Part shown: piece by piece, positions 40,001 through 51,224 of the stretch | How positions within the stretch are numbered: position 1 is the first letter of the stretch | How the letters are laid out: each line of letters starts with the position of its first letter | Assembly (NCBI GenBank): GCA_036574205.1 | Contig: JAINCQ010000040.1 | Coordinates: 32,001 to 96,000, forward strand | Direction of reading: 5' to 3' | Length of the DNA stretch: 64,000 bases | Source of the DNA: Elusimicrobiota bacterium | GTDB lineage: Bacteria; Elusimicrobiota; Elusimicrobia; Elusimicrobiales; UBA9959 | Translations under genes and position numbers: made by a program | The notes under the pieces: model-generated | The model's database searches: none | What the model saw: only the letters and a program-made list of their open reading frames with translations | Told to the model about the DNA's origin: nothing

Positions 40001-40832
40001 TATATACCGCCTTAATATACCTATCCTTATTGTTATAATCCTTTATAATTTGAAACTCTTTTATAAATGGCAATTTGAATATTTTTATCAACTTATCAGA
40101 ATAATATTCTCCTACTTCAACAAATAATACCCCACCTTTTTTTAAAACATCTTTTGCATTAATAGCTAAATGTTTTATCATCAAAAGCCCGTCATTGCCA
40201 GAAATAAGGGCTGATTTTGGTTCAATTTTGACATCGTCTGGAAGAGAATCATACATATAAGAAGGCACATATGGAGGATTTGAAACTATTATATCAAATT
40301 TTCTTGTAAAATAATTTAACTTATCAGAATTAACACAAAAATAATTTTGTAGTTTCATCTTTTTCTTATTTTCAATTGCTATTCTATAAGATTTTTTTAA
40401 TTTTTCTATAGCAAAAACATTCGCGTTTTGGTTTTTAAAAGCTATATAAAGCCCTATTGCTCCGCTACCAGAACAAAAATCAAGTATAATAGGTTTTTCT
40501 ATTTTAAAGCTATATTCCAATACCATCTGAGCAAGATCTTCGGTTTCAGGCCTTGGGACAAAAACGCCTGTGTCTATTATAATTTCCATTCCACAAAAAT
40601 TATGTTTCTTGAAAATCCAGCTTAAAGGTATTTTTTTAGCTCTTTTTTTAGCAAACTCATATGTTTTTTTGATATTAGAATCAGAGACTATTTTGTCTGG
40701 AAAAGCCAGAACATCAAGCCTTTTTATTCCTAAAGCTTCTGAGATTATATATTCCACCTCAGCATCACAAAAACCATCACAATTTTTTTTAAAGAAACAA
40801 CTCAAATTATTATAAAGTTCTCTAATCGTCAT
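39993..40832 (-). CDS. prmC: Release factor glutamine methyltransferase
   Basis: [23 protein letters not shown]; follows prfA; start placed at MTIRELY. Confidence 0.93.
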   Translation of the reverse strand: MTIRELYNNLSCFFKKNCDGFCDAEVEYIISEALGIKRLDVLAFPDKIVSDSNIKKTYEFAKKRAKKIPLSWIFKKHNFCGMEIIIDTGVFVPRPETEDLAQMVLEYSFKIEKPIILDFCSGSGAIGLYIAFKNQNANVFAIEKLKKSYRIAIENKKKMKLQNYFCVNSDKLNYFTRKFDIIVSNPPYVPSYMYDSLPDDVKIEPKSALISGNDGLLMIKHLAINAKDVLKKGGVLFVEVGEYYSDKLIKIFKLPFIKEFQIIKDYNNKDRYIKAVYNG

Positions 40833-41874
40833 TTTCACCCATCGCAAGTTGTATGTCTTCAAACATCTTTTTCATATCCCCTTCCATTATCTCATCTATA
40901 TTAAACCATGACATATTAACTCTGTGATCAGTGACTCTATTTTGTGGAAAATTATATGTCCTTATTTTTTCAGACCTATCGCCGCTACCAACCTGTTTCT
41001 TTCTTTGCCTTACAATTTCATTATTAGTATTTTGCTCATTTATCTCGTTAAGCTTGGCATAAAGTAAATTTAAAGCCCTTTCGCGGTTTTGCGCTTGAGA
41101 ACGTTCTTTTTGACATTGAACCACTATTTGTGTGGGGATATGAGTTATTCTAACTGCTGTCTCAACCTTGTTTACATTCTGTCCACCATGTCCGCCAGCA
41201 CGATATGTATCTATTTTTAATTCAGATGGATCAATCTTCACTTCTTTAGCTTCTACTTCCGGGAGAACCGCAACTGTCACTGTTGATGTATGTATTCTTC
41301 CACCTGCTTCAGTCTGTGGAACTCTTTGAACCCGATGAACACCAGCCTCATACTTAAACCACCAATAAGGTTTATTACCTTTTATATAAATAACTGCTGT
41401 TTTAATGCCTTTTAAATCACTCAAAGATATATCTTCTATCTCAACCTTCATACCCAGGTTTTGAGCAAATTTTGTATAAGCTCTTAAGAGCTCAGAAGCA
41501 AACAATGCGGCTTCTTCCCCCCCCACCCCTGCCCTTATCTCAAGATATATATTTTTCTCATCATTTTTATCTGGGGGTATAAAACTCAGCCTCAAAAGGT
41601 TGTAATATTCCTTTTCTTTTTTAAGCAAAGATTCAAGTTCAGCAGCAGCTATCTCAGACATTTCTTTATCACAACAGCCAACCATCTCTTTTACATGAAG
41701 GATATTTTCTTTGATTTTACAATAATTTTTATATAAGTCAAGAATTTGTTTTAACTGATGATATCTTTTAGAAAAAGTTTCATATTCCGAAGAAGATAAA
41801 GTAGAAGAAAGTCTTTCTTCAAGTTTTTTAAACTCTTCCTCTATAATCTTTATCTTTTCCTCTATCTGAACCAT
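40822..41874 (-). CDS. prfA: Peptide chain release factor 1
   Basis: [24 protein letters not shown] (PxT motif), [27 protein letters not shown]. Confidence 0.97.
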   Translation of the reverse strand: MVQIEEKIKIIEEEFKKLEERLSSTLSSSEYETFSKRYHQLKQILDLYKNYCKIKENILHVKEMVGCCDKEMSEIAAAELESLLKKEKEYYNLLRLSFIPPDKNDEKNIYLEIRAGVGGEEAALFASELLRAYTKFAQNLGMKVEIEDISLSDLKGIKTAVIYIKGNKPYWWFKYEAGVHRVQRVPQTEAGGRIHTSTVTVAVLPEVEAKEVKIDPSELKIDTYRAGGHGGQNVNKVETAVRITHIPTQIVVQCQKERSQAQNRERALNLLYAKLNEINEQNTNNEIVRQRKKQVGSGDRSEKIRTYNFPQNRVTDHRVNMSWFNIDEIMEGDMKKMFEDIQLAMGENDD

Positions 41875-41878
41875 AAAA

Positions 41879-41914
41879 CAAAAAAGGCCAGACACTCAAA
41901 AATGCCCGGCCTTT
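41879..41914 (-). terminator. Intrinsic terminator between rpmE and prfA
   Basis: Minus strand GGCCGGGCA-loop-TGTCTGGCC followed by a T6 run. Confidence 0.7.
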
Positions 41915-41926
41915 AAAAAAGTCTAA

Positions 41927-42262
41927 CTATTTTGTTTTTTTCTTGGTATCCTGTTTTTCAATTTTTTTGGTGATCTTCTTTGCAACTCCTGTTGGGGTTG
42001 ATTTCCTATGAGCAGGAGTAACTTTTGGAATTTTGGCTTTAACTGTCTTCTTTTCTATTTTTTTGACAGAAGAATATTTCTTATTAAACTTCTCTACCCT
42101 TCCTTCTGTATCCAATATTTTATGTTTTCCAGTATAAAAAGGATGGCAATTTGAGCATATTTCCACTTTTATAGATCCTTTTGTTGATCTTGTTGTAAAA
42201 GAGTTTCCGCAAGCACAAACAACTTCACATAACTCATATTTAGGATGAATATTTTCTTTCAT
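41927..42262 (-). CDS. rpmE: 50S ribosomal protein L31 (Zn-binding type) with Lys-rich C-terminal tail
   Basis: [31 protein letters not shown]; start at 42262 after GAGG. Confidence 0.96.
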   Translation of the reverse strand: MKENIHPKYELCEVVCACGNSFTTRSTKGSIKVEICSNCHPFYTGKHKILDTEGRVEKFNKKYSSVKKIEKKTVKAKIPKVTPAHRKSTPTGVAKKITKKIEKQDTKKKTK

Positions 42263-42350
42263 AAATACCTCTCTTTGAAATAAAAGCATTAGTTTATAAC
42301 TTTTTGCCTCATTATATTTTAGCATATTATTAATTGGTATAATTATACTG

Positions 42351-44327
42351 ATGACTTACCTCATTGCACTATATGGCATAAACTCAATTCTTGCTCAAAC
42401 ATTAATAATAAGAGAAATAGCTTCAAATTTTTACTCCAATGAGATTTTTCTTTCACTTTCATTAGCAGGGTGGCTTGGCGGTTCAGTTTTTGGGGTATTC
42501 TTATTCAAAAATAAAAGTTATGATGAGAGGATAATTAAAACATATCATCTAGCTGTTCCTTTTTTAATAATACTTCCGATATTCATAATAAAAACGATTA
42601 AAATAAATCTCTCACCATTAGGCGAAAATGTTGATTTTTTCACTGCTTCAATTATATCTTTTTTTTCATCGCTTATATATAGCTCCTTCAACGGGATATA
42701 CTATATAGCCGCAGCAAGAAAAATTGGAACAAATGGATATACTAAAGCATATTATATAGAAGCTATTGGATATGCTATAGGTGGCTTACTGTTATATATC
42801 CTTATCCCGAAACTTACTGCTATCTGCCTGATTATTTTCACTGGAATACTAAATATCTTATTCCTGTACAAACATTATAAAAGTAAAAATCTATTTTTAT
42901 TTTCCTTATTATTCATTGTCTTATCCTTTATCACATATAATGCATATTTTAAAAAATCGTATTTAAATAAGAAGATAATAGAAACCGCAAACTCAAGATT
43001 TTCCAAACTAGAAGTTTATAAAAGCTACTCAAATACTTTTATATATTCTAACTCATCATTATGCTATCTTGATATTGATGATATATCTATTGAAAGAAAA
43101 TCATACATACCAATGGTCTTTACAAATAAAAACCCAAAAGTAGCATTATTCGGAACTGACTTAAATATCGCAAGTAAAATTCTTGAAAATGCATCAGTGT
43201 TGTATGTGGTTGATGATGATGAAAAACTTTTTAAGATTCAGAAGAAATATGCAAAAAGCAACTTAAACAATTTATATTTCATAACTCCTCAGGATTTTTT
43301 TAAAAAAAGGAATGAAATTGATTTGATAATAATATCAAATGGCTTCCCACAAAGTATATATTCCAACAGATTTTATACTACGGAATTTTATCATAAAATC
43401 AAAAAAACTCTTAAAAATGAAGGTATCTTATCAATAAACCTTCCTTACCCAGATTCTATTCCATCAGTAGAATTAAAATCTGCCATTAATATAGTTTTTA
43501 AAACCCTATCTGAGATTTTCACAAATATATCTGTATTTTATGATGATGAAATAAGCTTAATAGCATCAGATTCAATAATAAAAGTAAAAACAACAGATAT
43601 TTTTAGTAAAGCAAAATTTTTAAACGAAGATTATATTGATTATTTTTTAACAAAGAGATTATATTTTGATAAAAAAGATGTAAGAATAAATCACGATAAA
43701 AATCCAATTTTATTTTTTTATAGCATTCTTTATGAAACCTCAAGATTTTACCCTAAAACCACTTACTTCATTACTAAAAACGCAAATCTATTATCTAAAA
43801 TTCTATTTTTATTTATTACCATAATTTTAATACTAATATTTTTTAAAAACAGAAATGCTGCTTCTATGGCGATAACTTCATTTAGTATGATGTCAGTAGA
43901 GATTATCTCAATATTTTTATTTCAACTAAAATATGGATATATCTACCTTGCAATAACTATAATAATTATGTTATTTATGATTGGAATTTTATCCGGCGTT
44001 GCTATATATAATGCCAAAAAGATATCTGCAAATACAAATTTAATCTCACTATTTGCTATCTCTTTACCATTTATACTTGAAAATCAACCTGGATTTTATT
44101 TAGCTGCTTTTGCGGCAGGGGCAATAAACGGATATGTATTTTCAAAAAACATTCAAGAAAGTTTTGGGAAAGAAATAATTGTCTATGTCTTTGATATCAT
44201 AGGATCTGCGATTGCAACAGCCTTTCTACCATTCTTTTTTATATCAATCTTTGGTTTTTATTATGCGGCTATTTATATAGCAATTTTAAACCTTATTTTT
44301 CTATCCCTTAATAAAATTATCAAATAA
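42351..44327 (+). CDS. Membrane-fused spermidine-synthase-like protein
   Basis: N- and C-terminal TM bundles (Q..IIRE, Y.IEAIG, Y.FDIIGS) around a methyltransferase-like core with [13 protein letters not shown] and DKNPI. Confidence 0.65.
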   Translation: MTYLIALYGINSILAQTLIIREIASNFYSNEIFLSLSLAGWLGGSVFGVFLFKNKSYDERIIKTYHLAVPFLIILPIFIIKTIKINLSPLGENVDFFTASIISFFSSLIYSSFNGIYYIAAARKIGTNGYTKAYYIEAIGYAIGGLLLYILIPKLTAICLIIFTGILNILFLYKHYKSKNLFLFSLLFIVLSFITYNAYFKKSYLNKKIIETANSRFSKLEVYKSYSNTFIYSNSSLCYLDIDDISIERKSYIPMVFTNKNPKVALFGTDLNIASKILENASVLYVVDDDEKLFKIQKKYAKSNLNNLYFITPQDFFKKRNEIDLIIISNGFPQSIYSNRFYTTEFYHKIKKTLKNEGILSINLPYPDSIPSVELKSAINIVFKTLSEIFTNISVFYDDEISLIASDSIIKVKTTDIFSKAKFLNEDYIDYFLTKRLYFDKKDVRINHDKNPILFFYSILYETSRFYPKTTYFITKNANLLSKILFLFITIILILIFFKNRNAASMAITSFSMMSVEIISIFLFQLKYGYIYLAITIIIMLFMIGILSGVAIYNAKKISANTNLISLFAISLPFILENQPGFYLAAFAAGAINGYVFSKNIQESFGKEIIVYVFDIIGSAIATAFLPFFFISIFGFYYAAIYIAILNLIFLSLNKIIK

Positions 44328-45098
44328 TCCTTTAATAAATTTTCTTTTGTCTTTTGGAAAATACAATATTGAATAGTTGCTTACTGAAAGCAATAAACAG
44401 GCATAATGCGCAATATTTGACAACACATTTATATCATGATTAAAATTCATCAGACATTTAAGAATCTTTATATAAGCAGATTTAAAAGATATTTTTTTTA
44501 TTTTAAAATCATCTGATTTACTAATAAAATTTATATTTTTAACTGGAAGCTTCATCCATTTATTGTAAGGTCTTTTCATGCTCCCCCAAAAAGGTGATGA
44601 ATATGTATAAGCTCCATTCTTGTTAACAATTATTGGCAAAAGCTCATCGCTTAGAACTTCGAAATTATCTTTTACCATTTCAGATATCGTAGTTTTTCCA
44701 CTTCCACTTTTACCAACAAATAAAACAGCACTTTTGTTTATTTTTATCCCTGCAGTATGCAAAAGAAATCCATTTTTCTTAACAAGATTTACTGACATAA
44801 AAATTCTAAGAAAGCTATCAAAAGAATAAATATTAGGTTTTATTATTAAAGTTTTACCATCAAAATAGAAATCTTCTCTTTTTATTTCAAAAATTTTTTG
44901 ATTCTTAAAAACTAATTTAACAGATGTTTCTTTAAAAGAGATTTCTTTGTTTAAAATCGTTAAAATTCTAAAATTTGATTTTTGCTTTGTAAGAAAAGAA
45001 TTATATCTTTGAAAAACTTCATTTAAAAAAATCTCATCTGAATTTTTAAATACAAAGCTTATACAAAAACAGGCTATTTTAATATTAATTTCTTTCAT
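44301..45098 (-). CDS. HPr-kinase-related P-loop protein
   Basis: FLLHTAG, LFVGKSGSGKTT, LSDE, SPFWG. Confidence 0.7.
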   Translation of the reverse strand: MKEINIKIACFCISFVFKNSDEIFLNEVFQRYNSFLTKQKSNFRILTILNKEISFKETSVKLVFKNQKIFEIKREDFYFDGKTLIIKPNIYSFDSFLRIFMSVNLVKKNGFLLHTAGIKINKSAVLFVGKSGSGKTTISEMVKDNFEVLSDELLPIIVNKNGAYTYSSPFWGSMKRPYNKWMKLPVKNINFISKSDDFKIKKISFKSAYIKILKCLMNFNHDINVLSNIAHYACLLLSVSNYSILYFPKDKRKFIKGLFDNFIKG

Positions 45099-46161
45099 CA
45101 GAAACTATATTAATAACAAGAATTTCAGCCGTTGAAAGGAAACGTAGAGGTGGTCCCCAGCTTCCTGCTCCTGAACTTACAAATAATATTGAGTTTTTAT
45201 TTTTATATTCTCCACAAAAATAGTTATAAAAAATCCTGGTAAAAAGATGGAATGGGAATATTTGTCCACAATGTGTATGTCCACTTAACATCAAGATATC
45301 ATAGATTTCAGAAACCTCTTTAAAATAAAGAGGTTGATGAGAGACAAGGATATTAAAGGCATTTTTTTTGTAGTTTTTTGAAATAATATTTTTAACTGTT
45401 TCAACTTCCATGTATTTTGTTTTAATATCGCAAAGACCAATAATATTTATATCACCTAATGACATAGCTGAATTATCTAAAACTTTAAAACCAAGTTGGT
45501 GGGTAATTTCCATTGATTTATAAATTCCGTAATAATATTCATGATTGCCAAAAACAAAAAAAACTGGAAATTTAACTTTTTTTATCCTGTATACATATTC
45601 ATCCAGTTTAAATCCGGGATCAAACAAATCTCCACCTATAATCAAGGCATCTGGTGATATTTCTTCTATTTTTTTAGTAATAGTTGAAAATAATTTATTC
45701 TTAAAACTGAAGTCAAGATGAATATCAGAAATAAAAACTAATTTATAATTTCTTGAAACATATGGAGAATATATATTAATCTCCTTTACCTTAGGGGTTT
45801 TAAAAATATTATAAAATGACTTAAATAAAATAAAAACTGAAAGAGCACATGTTATTATAAAAACTTTTTTAAATTCAAATGGATAAAATAAAGTAAGAAT
45901 TTTTGCTAAAAGTATTAAAAATGAAAATATAATTACATATCCCATCCAGACAAAAGCCAGTATATAAAGATACTCCAATAAACCACCGTTTAAAAATCTT
46001 CTTAAAAAAAGCGTTAATATACTAATCAAACACAGGGTTAAAAAAAACCTATTCCAAAAAATCTTAGTATATGCAAATTTTGAGAAGAAAGAAGATATAA
46101 AATAATGAAGATAAATGTAAAAAGCAGATATTATAAAAAAAATAAAAAAGAATTTTTTCAT
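45085..46161 (-). CDS. Membrane-anchored calcineurin-like metallophosphoesterase
   Basis: 4 TM helices; SDIH, GGDLFD, GNHEYY, SHQP, SGHTHCGQ. Confidence 0.92.
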   Translation of the reverse strand: MKKFFFIFFIISAFYIYLHYFISSFFSKFAYTKIFWNRFFLTLCLISILTLFLRRFLNGGLLEYLYILAFVWMGYVIIFSFLILLAKILTLFYPFEFKKVFIITCALSVFILFKSFYNIFKTPKVKEINIYSPYVSRNYKLVFISDIHLDFSFKNKLFSTITKKIEEISPDALIIGGDLFDPGFKLDEYVYRIKKVKFPVFFVFGNHEYYYGIYKSMEITHQLGFKVLDNSAMSLGDINIIGLCDIKTKYMEVETVKNIISKNYKKNAFNILVSHQPLYFKEVSEIYDILMLSGHTHCGQIFPFHLFTRIFYNYFCGEYKNKNSILFVSSGAGSWGPPLRFLSTAEILVINIVSDERN

Positions 46162-46832
46162 ATATAATTTACTGAATATTCTCCACAATTAAAAAGAAGA
46201 TCAAGGGTTGAAAGATCAGCCAAAAACTTACCGTAGAGTTGCGGATATTCTTTTACTTCAAAATCCTGCCATATAACTTTTATATCTGCTTTTTCAAACT
46301 CCTTTTCATCAAGATAACTTTTTGCGCCCCTGCCAGATAGATACATATCAGCATTTAATCTTTTACATAACTCAACCAGTCTTTCAGTAGACTTTTTATC
46401 AATATTTAAGCTTGATGAAAAAACAAAAGGAGTTTTTATATTAAGATGTTTTCTAAAAAAATCTATTAGTTTAAGTGAAATATCAATAAGTTTGTTGTAA
46501 TCTGAATTATAAATTTTAACTAACTCAGGAAAATATTTATAAAAATATTTTGCTTTTGCATAATTTATCTCAATTGCTTTTAGATGTTCAGTCTTCCAAT
46601 TATAACTATTATTTATCTCAACATCTTTAATAATCTGATTGAATCTTCCTTTTGTAATTACTGGAACTGTTAAATACTGAAATCCATATGATGTCTTTAT
46701 CTTATTTCTATTTTGAAACTCCCTTTTTTCATATTGGACATCATCTAAGAAAACAAACAAATCGGATTGTCTCATCTTAGAAAAAAATCTAAGTCCAGGC
46801 ATAAAATGGATCTGATGAGCTGATAATATCAT
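46158..46832 (-). CDS. WbqC family protein
   Basis: AHQIHFMP, DDVQY, NRNKI, LTVPV, YLSG.GAKSY, YPQ, LSTLDLLFN. Confidence 0.9.
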   Translation of the reverse strand: MILSAHQIHFMPGLRFFSKMRQSDLFVFLDDVQYEKREFQNRNKIKTSYGFQYLTVPVITKGRFNQIIKDVEINNSYNWKTEHLKAIEINYAKAKYFYKYFPELVKIYNSDYNKLIDISLKLIDFFRKHLNIKTPFVFSSSLNIDKKSTERLVELCKRLNADMYLSGRGAKSYLDEKEFEKADIKVIWQDFEVKEYPQLYGKFLADLSTLDLLFNCGEYSVNYI

Positions 46833-46913
46833 AAAAATAGTTTATCAAAAAATGGAAATTAAAGAGATAAAATTATACGCTAAAACCAAATATAAATTAT
46901 TTTTTATAAAAAA

Positions 46914-48086
46914 CTACAAAGAATCACTTTTATTTGATATAGAAAAATATAATTTTTTATGGAGATAAAAACATCTTTCAAAAGAATATTTTTTAAAACC
47001 ATCTTCTTCTCTATTTATGAAATCAAATGAATTTTTACCCATCTTAATTCTTAATTCCTCATCCTTTATAAGATCATAAATTTTAATAGCTATTTGAAGT
47101 GAATTCTGACTTTCTACAAGAAACCCATTATACCCATCCTGAACTAAATCTTTAAGTCCACATACATTTGAAGCAATAACAGGTTTTGATAAAAGTTCCG
47201 CAATAACAACTGCTCTTCCCATACCTTCATTTAAAGATGACTGAACATATATATCCATAATATTAATTAAATCTACAACATCTTTTCTATAACCTGTGAA
47301 AATTATTTTACTACTAACATTATCCTTTAAAGATATCTCTTTCAAATAATTAAGCTCGCTTCCATCTCCAACAATAAGGTAAACAATATCTTTATTTATA
47401 TCATTTAGCATGAGTATATTCATTAAGTATTTTAAACTTCTAACAAAATATTCCATCCCTTTCACCTTCTCTAATCTACCAGCAGTTCCAGCAACAATTT
47501 TATCTTCAGAAATTAAAAGTTCCTTTTTCAAATTACGATTAGCAATTTTTATATCATAACTAATTCCACTTGGTATTACAAGCCATTTATCTTCCTTAGC
47601 AACTCCAAAGTTAATACTTTCTTTTTTTTCATTTTCAGTTAAGGCTATTAGTTTATCAGTTATCAAAGAGGATATTTTCTCAATAAACAAAAATAGATAA
47701 GATTTTAATCTATTAAAATACCCATAGAATATATGACCATGAGGAGTGTGAATTATTTTAATTCTTCTAAAATGAGTTAAATTATAAAAAAAAGCCGTCC
47801 ATCTACCAATAATACCTGCTTTTGAAGTATGAGTATGGATAATATCTGGTTTTTCTTTTTTTATTATATTAAATATTTTCCAAAAAGTTTTTAAATCATA
47901 AATTAAATTTATTTCTCGTCTTAAAGTTGGAATATGATAACTTTTAAATTTAAAATTTCTTAGAGCACTTCCTCCATAAATTAAAATAATATCATTCCCT
48001 TCATTATAAAAACCTTCAGCAAGTTCTATTAAATTCTCGCTTGATCCGCCCCAATCAAGCCTTGTTATAATATATATCAATTTCAT
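46914..48086 (-). CDS. Glycosyltransferase family 4
   Basis: GGSSE, HTHTSKAG, HTPHG, GRLEKVKG, EGMGRAVVIAE. Confidence 0.9.
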   Translation of the reverse strand: MKLIYIITRLDWGGSSENLIELAEGFYNEGNDIILIYGGSALRNFKFKSYHIPTLRREINLIYDLKTFWKIFNIIKKEKPDIIHTHTSKAGIIGRWTAFFYNLTHFRRIKIIHTPHGHIFYGYFNRLKSYLFLFIEKISSLITDKLIALTENEKKESINFGVAKEDKWLVIPSGISYDIKIANRNLKKELLISEDKIVAGTAGRLEKVKGMEYFVRSLKYLMNILMLNDINKDIVYLIVGDGSELNYLKEISLKDNVSSKIIFTGYRKDVVDLINIMDIYVQSSLNEGMGRAVVIAELLSKPVIASNVCGLKDLVQDGYNGFLVESQNSLQIAIKIYDLIKDEELRIKMGKNSFDFINREEDGFKKYSFERCFYLHKKLYFSISNKSDSL

Positions 48087-48088
48087 AT

Positions 48089-49123
48089 TTATATCTCATT
48101 AAAAGTTCTGATAATATCCTCCACTCCTATTTTTTTCACACAAATCATATAATCTTCTCCTTTATTTGGACATCTATATTTATCACATGGGGAACAGAAA
48201 ACTTTTTTTGAAATTGCATATACAAAATTATTATTGTAAGATTTTCCTCTTTCAAAGTTTGTAGAACCAAGCAACAAGATAACCTTTTTTCCTAAAAGAG
48301 AAGCTATGTGATATGTAGCTGAATCAACAGAAATAACGATATCAGAGTGTTTTATATATAATATCCATTCTACAAACGAAAGATCATTTAATCCTATAAT
48401 ATTAGATGAGTTTAAATTTGCTAATATTTCTTTTAATTCCAGTAAAAATTCTTTAGTTCCAATTAAAAAAATGATATGTTTTTCATTTTTTATAAGAAAG
48501 TTGATTAATTCCCTCCATTTATAATTATCAAATTTTTTAGAAGGAACATTTGTAAAAGGATTTATTAAAATTATTTTCTTACCTTCAAAATTCTTTAGAT
48601 TTTCTTTTATTTTCAACTCAATATCATTTCCATACCAGATTATTTCATTATAATTAACATCTTCATCAAAAACACCTATTTTATTGAAAAGCAAGGAATA
48701 ATAAAAATAATAACTTTTCTTAAAATCATCTTCTATATACTCATCATAATAATTTAAAAAGTCAGTTTTTAATCCAATGCTCTTTTTAAATCTTAGGAAC
48801 TTTAAAAATAACAACATTTTAATATGGCCAGAAAGGCTATAAACACCATGAGTATTTAAAACAACATCATAATAATTTTCTCTAATTTTTTTTATAATCT
48901 TAAATAAATCAGCATTCCAAATACTTACATAATTCTTTCTTGTTTTTAAATAAAAAACATTTCTAACATAAGGACACTTTTTAGCATAATTATAAACCCT
49001 ATCTGAAACTAATAAATCTATATTTACATCTGGTTTTTGTTTTTTAGTTAAATAAATCCATCTTATAAGTTCAAAAAAATCCCCTATACCTGCAACATTT
49101 AAAATAAGATAATTCATAGTCAT
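48089..49123 (-). CDS. Glycosyltransferase family 9 (heptosyltransferase-like)
   Basis: GIGD, ISVDSATYHIA, CSPC...C...C. Confidence 0.85.
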   Translation of the reverse strand: MTMNYLILNVAGIGDFFELIRWIYLTKKQKPDVNIDLLVSDRVYNYAKKCPYVRNVFYLKTRKNYVSIWNADLFKIIKKIRENYYDVVLNTHGVYSLSGHIKMLLFLKFLRFKKSIGLKTDFLNYYDEYIEDDFKKSYYFYYSLLFNKIGVFDEDVNYNEIIWYGNDIELKIKENLKNFEGKKIILINPFTNVPSKKFDNYKWRELINFLIKNEKHIIFLIGTKEFLLELKEILANLNSSNIIGLNDLSFVEWILYIKHSDIVISVDSATYHIASLLGKKVILLLGSTNFERGKSYNNNFVYAISKKVFCSPCDKYRCPNKGEDYMICVKKIGVEDIIRTFNEI

Positions 49124-49144
49124 ATTCAAAAAACTAATAACCTA

Positions 49145-50203
49145 CTAGACTAAGCTATTTAAAACCTCTTTAACATTACAAAGAAAATTCTCAAGTTTAA
49201 AACGTGACAAATCAATATTCTTTTTTTCTATATCCTCCTTTAATAGTTTTATTATTCTTTCTTTAAGTTCATCTACATCATCTGGATTAAAATAAAACAC
49301 CATATCTCCAAGTATTTCTGGTAAAGAAGATTTATTGGAAGAAAGAACCCTTGCGCCACAACTAACAGCTTCAAGGGGAGGATAACCAAAACCCTCATAA
49401 AGTGATGGGAAAACAAACAGACTGCACATTGAATATAAAGCTTTTAAATCATCATCTTCAACATAACTTAAAACTTTTGCCAGTGGATATTCATTTTTTA
49501 TATCTTTAAAACCAACTAAAATAAGCAAATATTCTTTTTTTATATTTTCAGGCAAAAGTTTATAAGCCTCATAGAGTGTTTTTATATTTTTATGCGCAGA
49601 GTTATTGCCAACATGCAGGATATACTTTCTATCAATTTTAAACTTTTGCTTAACAGAATCCGTTTTTTCTTTGCTTTGCGGTTTAAATGAATCTTTGATA
49701 GGAAGATATATTACCTTTATTTTTTCTTCATTTATATCAAAAAAAGAAAGGATATCCTTCTTTGTGTTATAGGAAGAAGTTATAATAATATTTGTTCGTG
49801 CAGTAAAATATTTAATGAAATTTTTAATATAAAACTTGTTTATAAGTTTGCTTTTATATGGTTCTATCTTTAAATAAGTAACATCAAAAACACTTGTAAT
49901 TACAGGAATTTTTGTAAAAATTGGATATTTATAATAAGGTGAAAAATAAATATCTGGTTTAATCTTTTTTATTAATCTACTAATTGCAATTTGTTCAGAA
50001 ATAAAAGGGAATGAATCATTAATTATATGTTTTTCAAAGTTAATCAATAAAGATTTATCAAAATCAGTTTTTTTATTCCCGACCAAAATAAACTCAAAAT
50101 CCTTAAAGTAATCCTTATTCTCCAGAATAGCTAAAACAAATCTACCTATACCGCTAAACTTTTTCCTTTCAAGTTCTCTCACATCAAAAAGGATCTTTTT
50201 CAT
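49145..50203 (-). CDS. Glycosyltransferase family 4
   Basis: GIGRF, HKN, FPSLYEGFGYPPLEA, SSLPEI. Confidence 0.92.
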   Translation of the reverse strand: MKKILFDVRELERKKFSGIGRFVLAILENKDYFKDFEFILVGNKKTDFDKSLLINFEKHIINDSFPFISEQIAISRLIKKIKPDIYFSPYYKYPIFTKIPVITSVFDVTYLKIEPYKSKLINKFYIKNFIKYFTARTNIIITSSYNTKKDILSFFDINEEKIKVIYLPIKDSFKPQSKEKTDSVKQKFKIDRKYILHVGNNSAHKNIKTLYEAYKLLPENIKKEYLLILVGFKDIKNEYPLAKVLSYVEDDDLKALYSMCSLFVFPSLYEGFGYPPLEAVSCGARVLSSNKSSLPEILGDMVFYFNPDDVDELKERIIKLLKEDIEKKNIDLSRFKLENFLCNVKEVLNSLV

Positions 50204-51224
50204 AAATTATTTCTAATTTTTTAATATAATTTAAAACATCAAAGTTAAATGACTTTATTTTAGCATTATCAGAGATTTTTTTATATAAATTTCCATCACT
50301 TAATACTTTCTCAATAGCAAGTTTTAAAGATTCAGCATTCGTTTTTACCAGAATGCCATCTATGCCATCTATAATAATTTCAGAAGGGCCTCCCATATCT
50401 GTGGCTATAACTACTTTTCCCATAGCCATTGCCTCAATTATAACCCTTCCAAATGGTTCTGCCTCAACAGAGGGATTTACAACTATATCACATATATTTA
50501 TATAATCATAGACATTTTCAACAAACCCCATAAATTTAATCCTTTCATATATATTAAGGGTTTTAGCAAATTCAATCAAATTATTTTTTTCACTTCCCTC
50601 TCCGCACACAATCAAAAATACATTATATTTCAACCTGGATATAGCTTCAAATAAAATTCTATGACCTTTCCATTTTTCAAGCCTTGAAAAAACTCCAATA
50701 ACTTTTAAATCCCTAGGGATATTAAGCCTTTCCTTTAATTCATCAGCTTTTATTTCAAGTCTGATATTATTTAAATCAACTGGATTATACAACACAACCA
50801 CTTTTTTATCCGCATATCGAAACTTTTTTGCTACCTCATTTGATATGGCAATAATTCTATCAACAAAAAATGTTATAACTCTTTCCTTTAATGGAGATGA
50901 TTCTAAAACCCTGTTATGCCATACTACCTTTTTCTTTAATATCTTTGAGAAAAAAGCGCCCCAAAAAGTATATTTCGTACATGCAGAGTTTATATGAACT
51001 ATATCAGGGTTAAATTCTTTTATCTTTCCGAAAAGTTCATACGTTTTTACGAATTCAACTTTAACACCATTTTTTTCAAGAATGTCTTTAAATAAATAAT
51101 CTTTTTTTAAGAAAACAACAAAATCATATTTTTCTTTATCAATATTCTTTATGATAGTTAAAAGACTTATCTGACCGCCACCAGGAGGATTAAGAGGCTC
51201 ATCTATATAAATTATTCTTTTCAT
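50184..51224 (-). CDS. Glycosyltransferase family 4
   Basis: GGGQ, RLEKWKG, EPFGRVIIEAMAMG. Confidence 0.92.
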   Translation of the reverse strand: MKRIIYIDEPLNPPGGGQISLLTIIKNIDKEKYDFVVFLKKDYLFKDILEKNGVKVEFVKTYELFGKIKEFNPDIVHINSACTKYTFWGAFFSKILKKKVVWHNRVLESSPLKERVITFFVDRIIAISNEVAKKFRYADKKVVVLYNPVDLNNIRLEIKADELKERLNIPRDLKVIGVFSRLEKWKGHRILFEAISRLKYNVFLIVCGEGSEKNNLIEFAKTLNIYERIKFMGFVENVYDYINICDIVVNPSVEAEPFGRVIIEAMAMGKVVIATDMGGPSEIIIDGIDGILVKTNAESLKLAIEKVLSDGNLYKKISDNAKIKSFNFDVLNYIKKLEIIYEKDPF

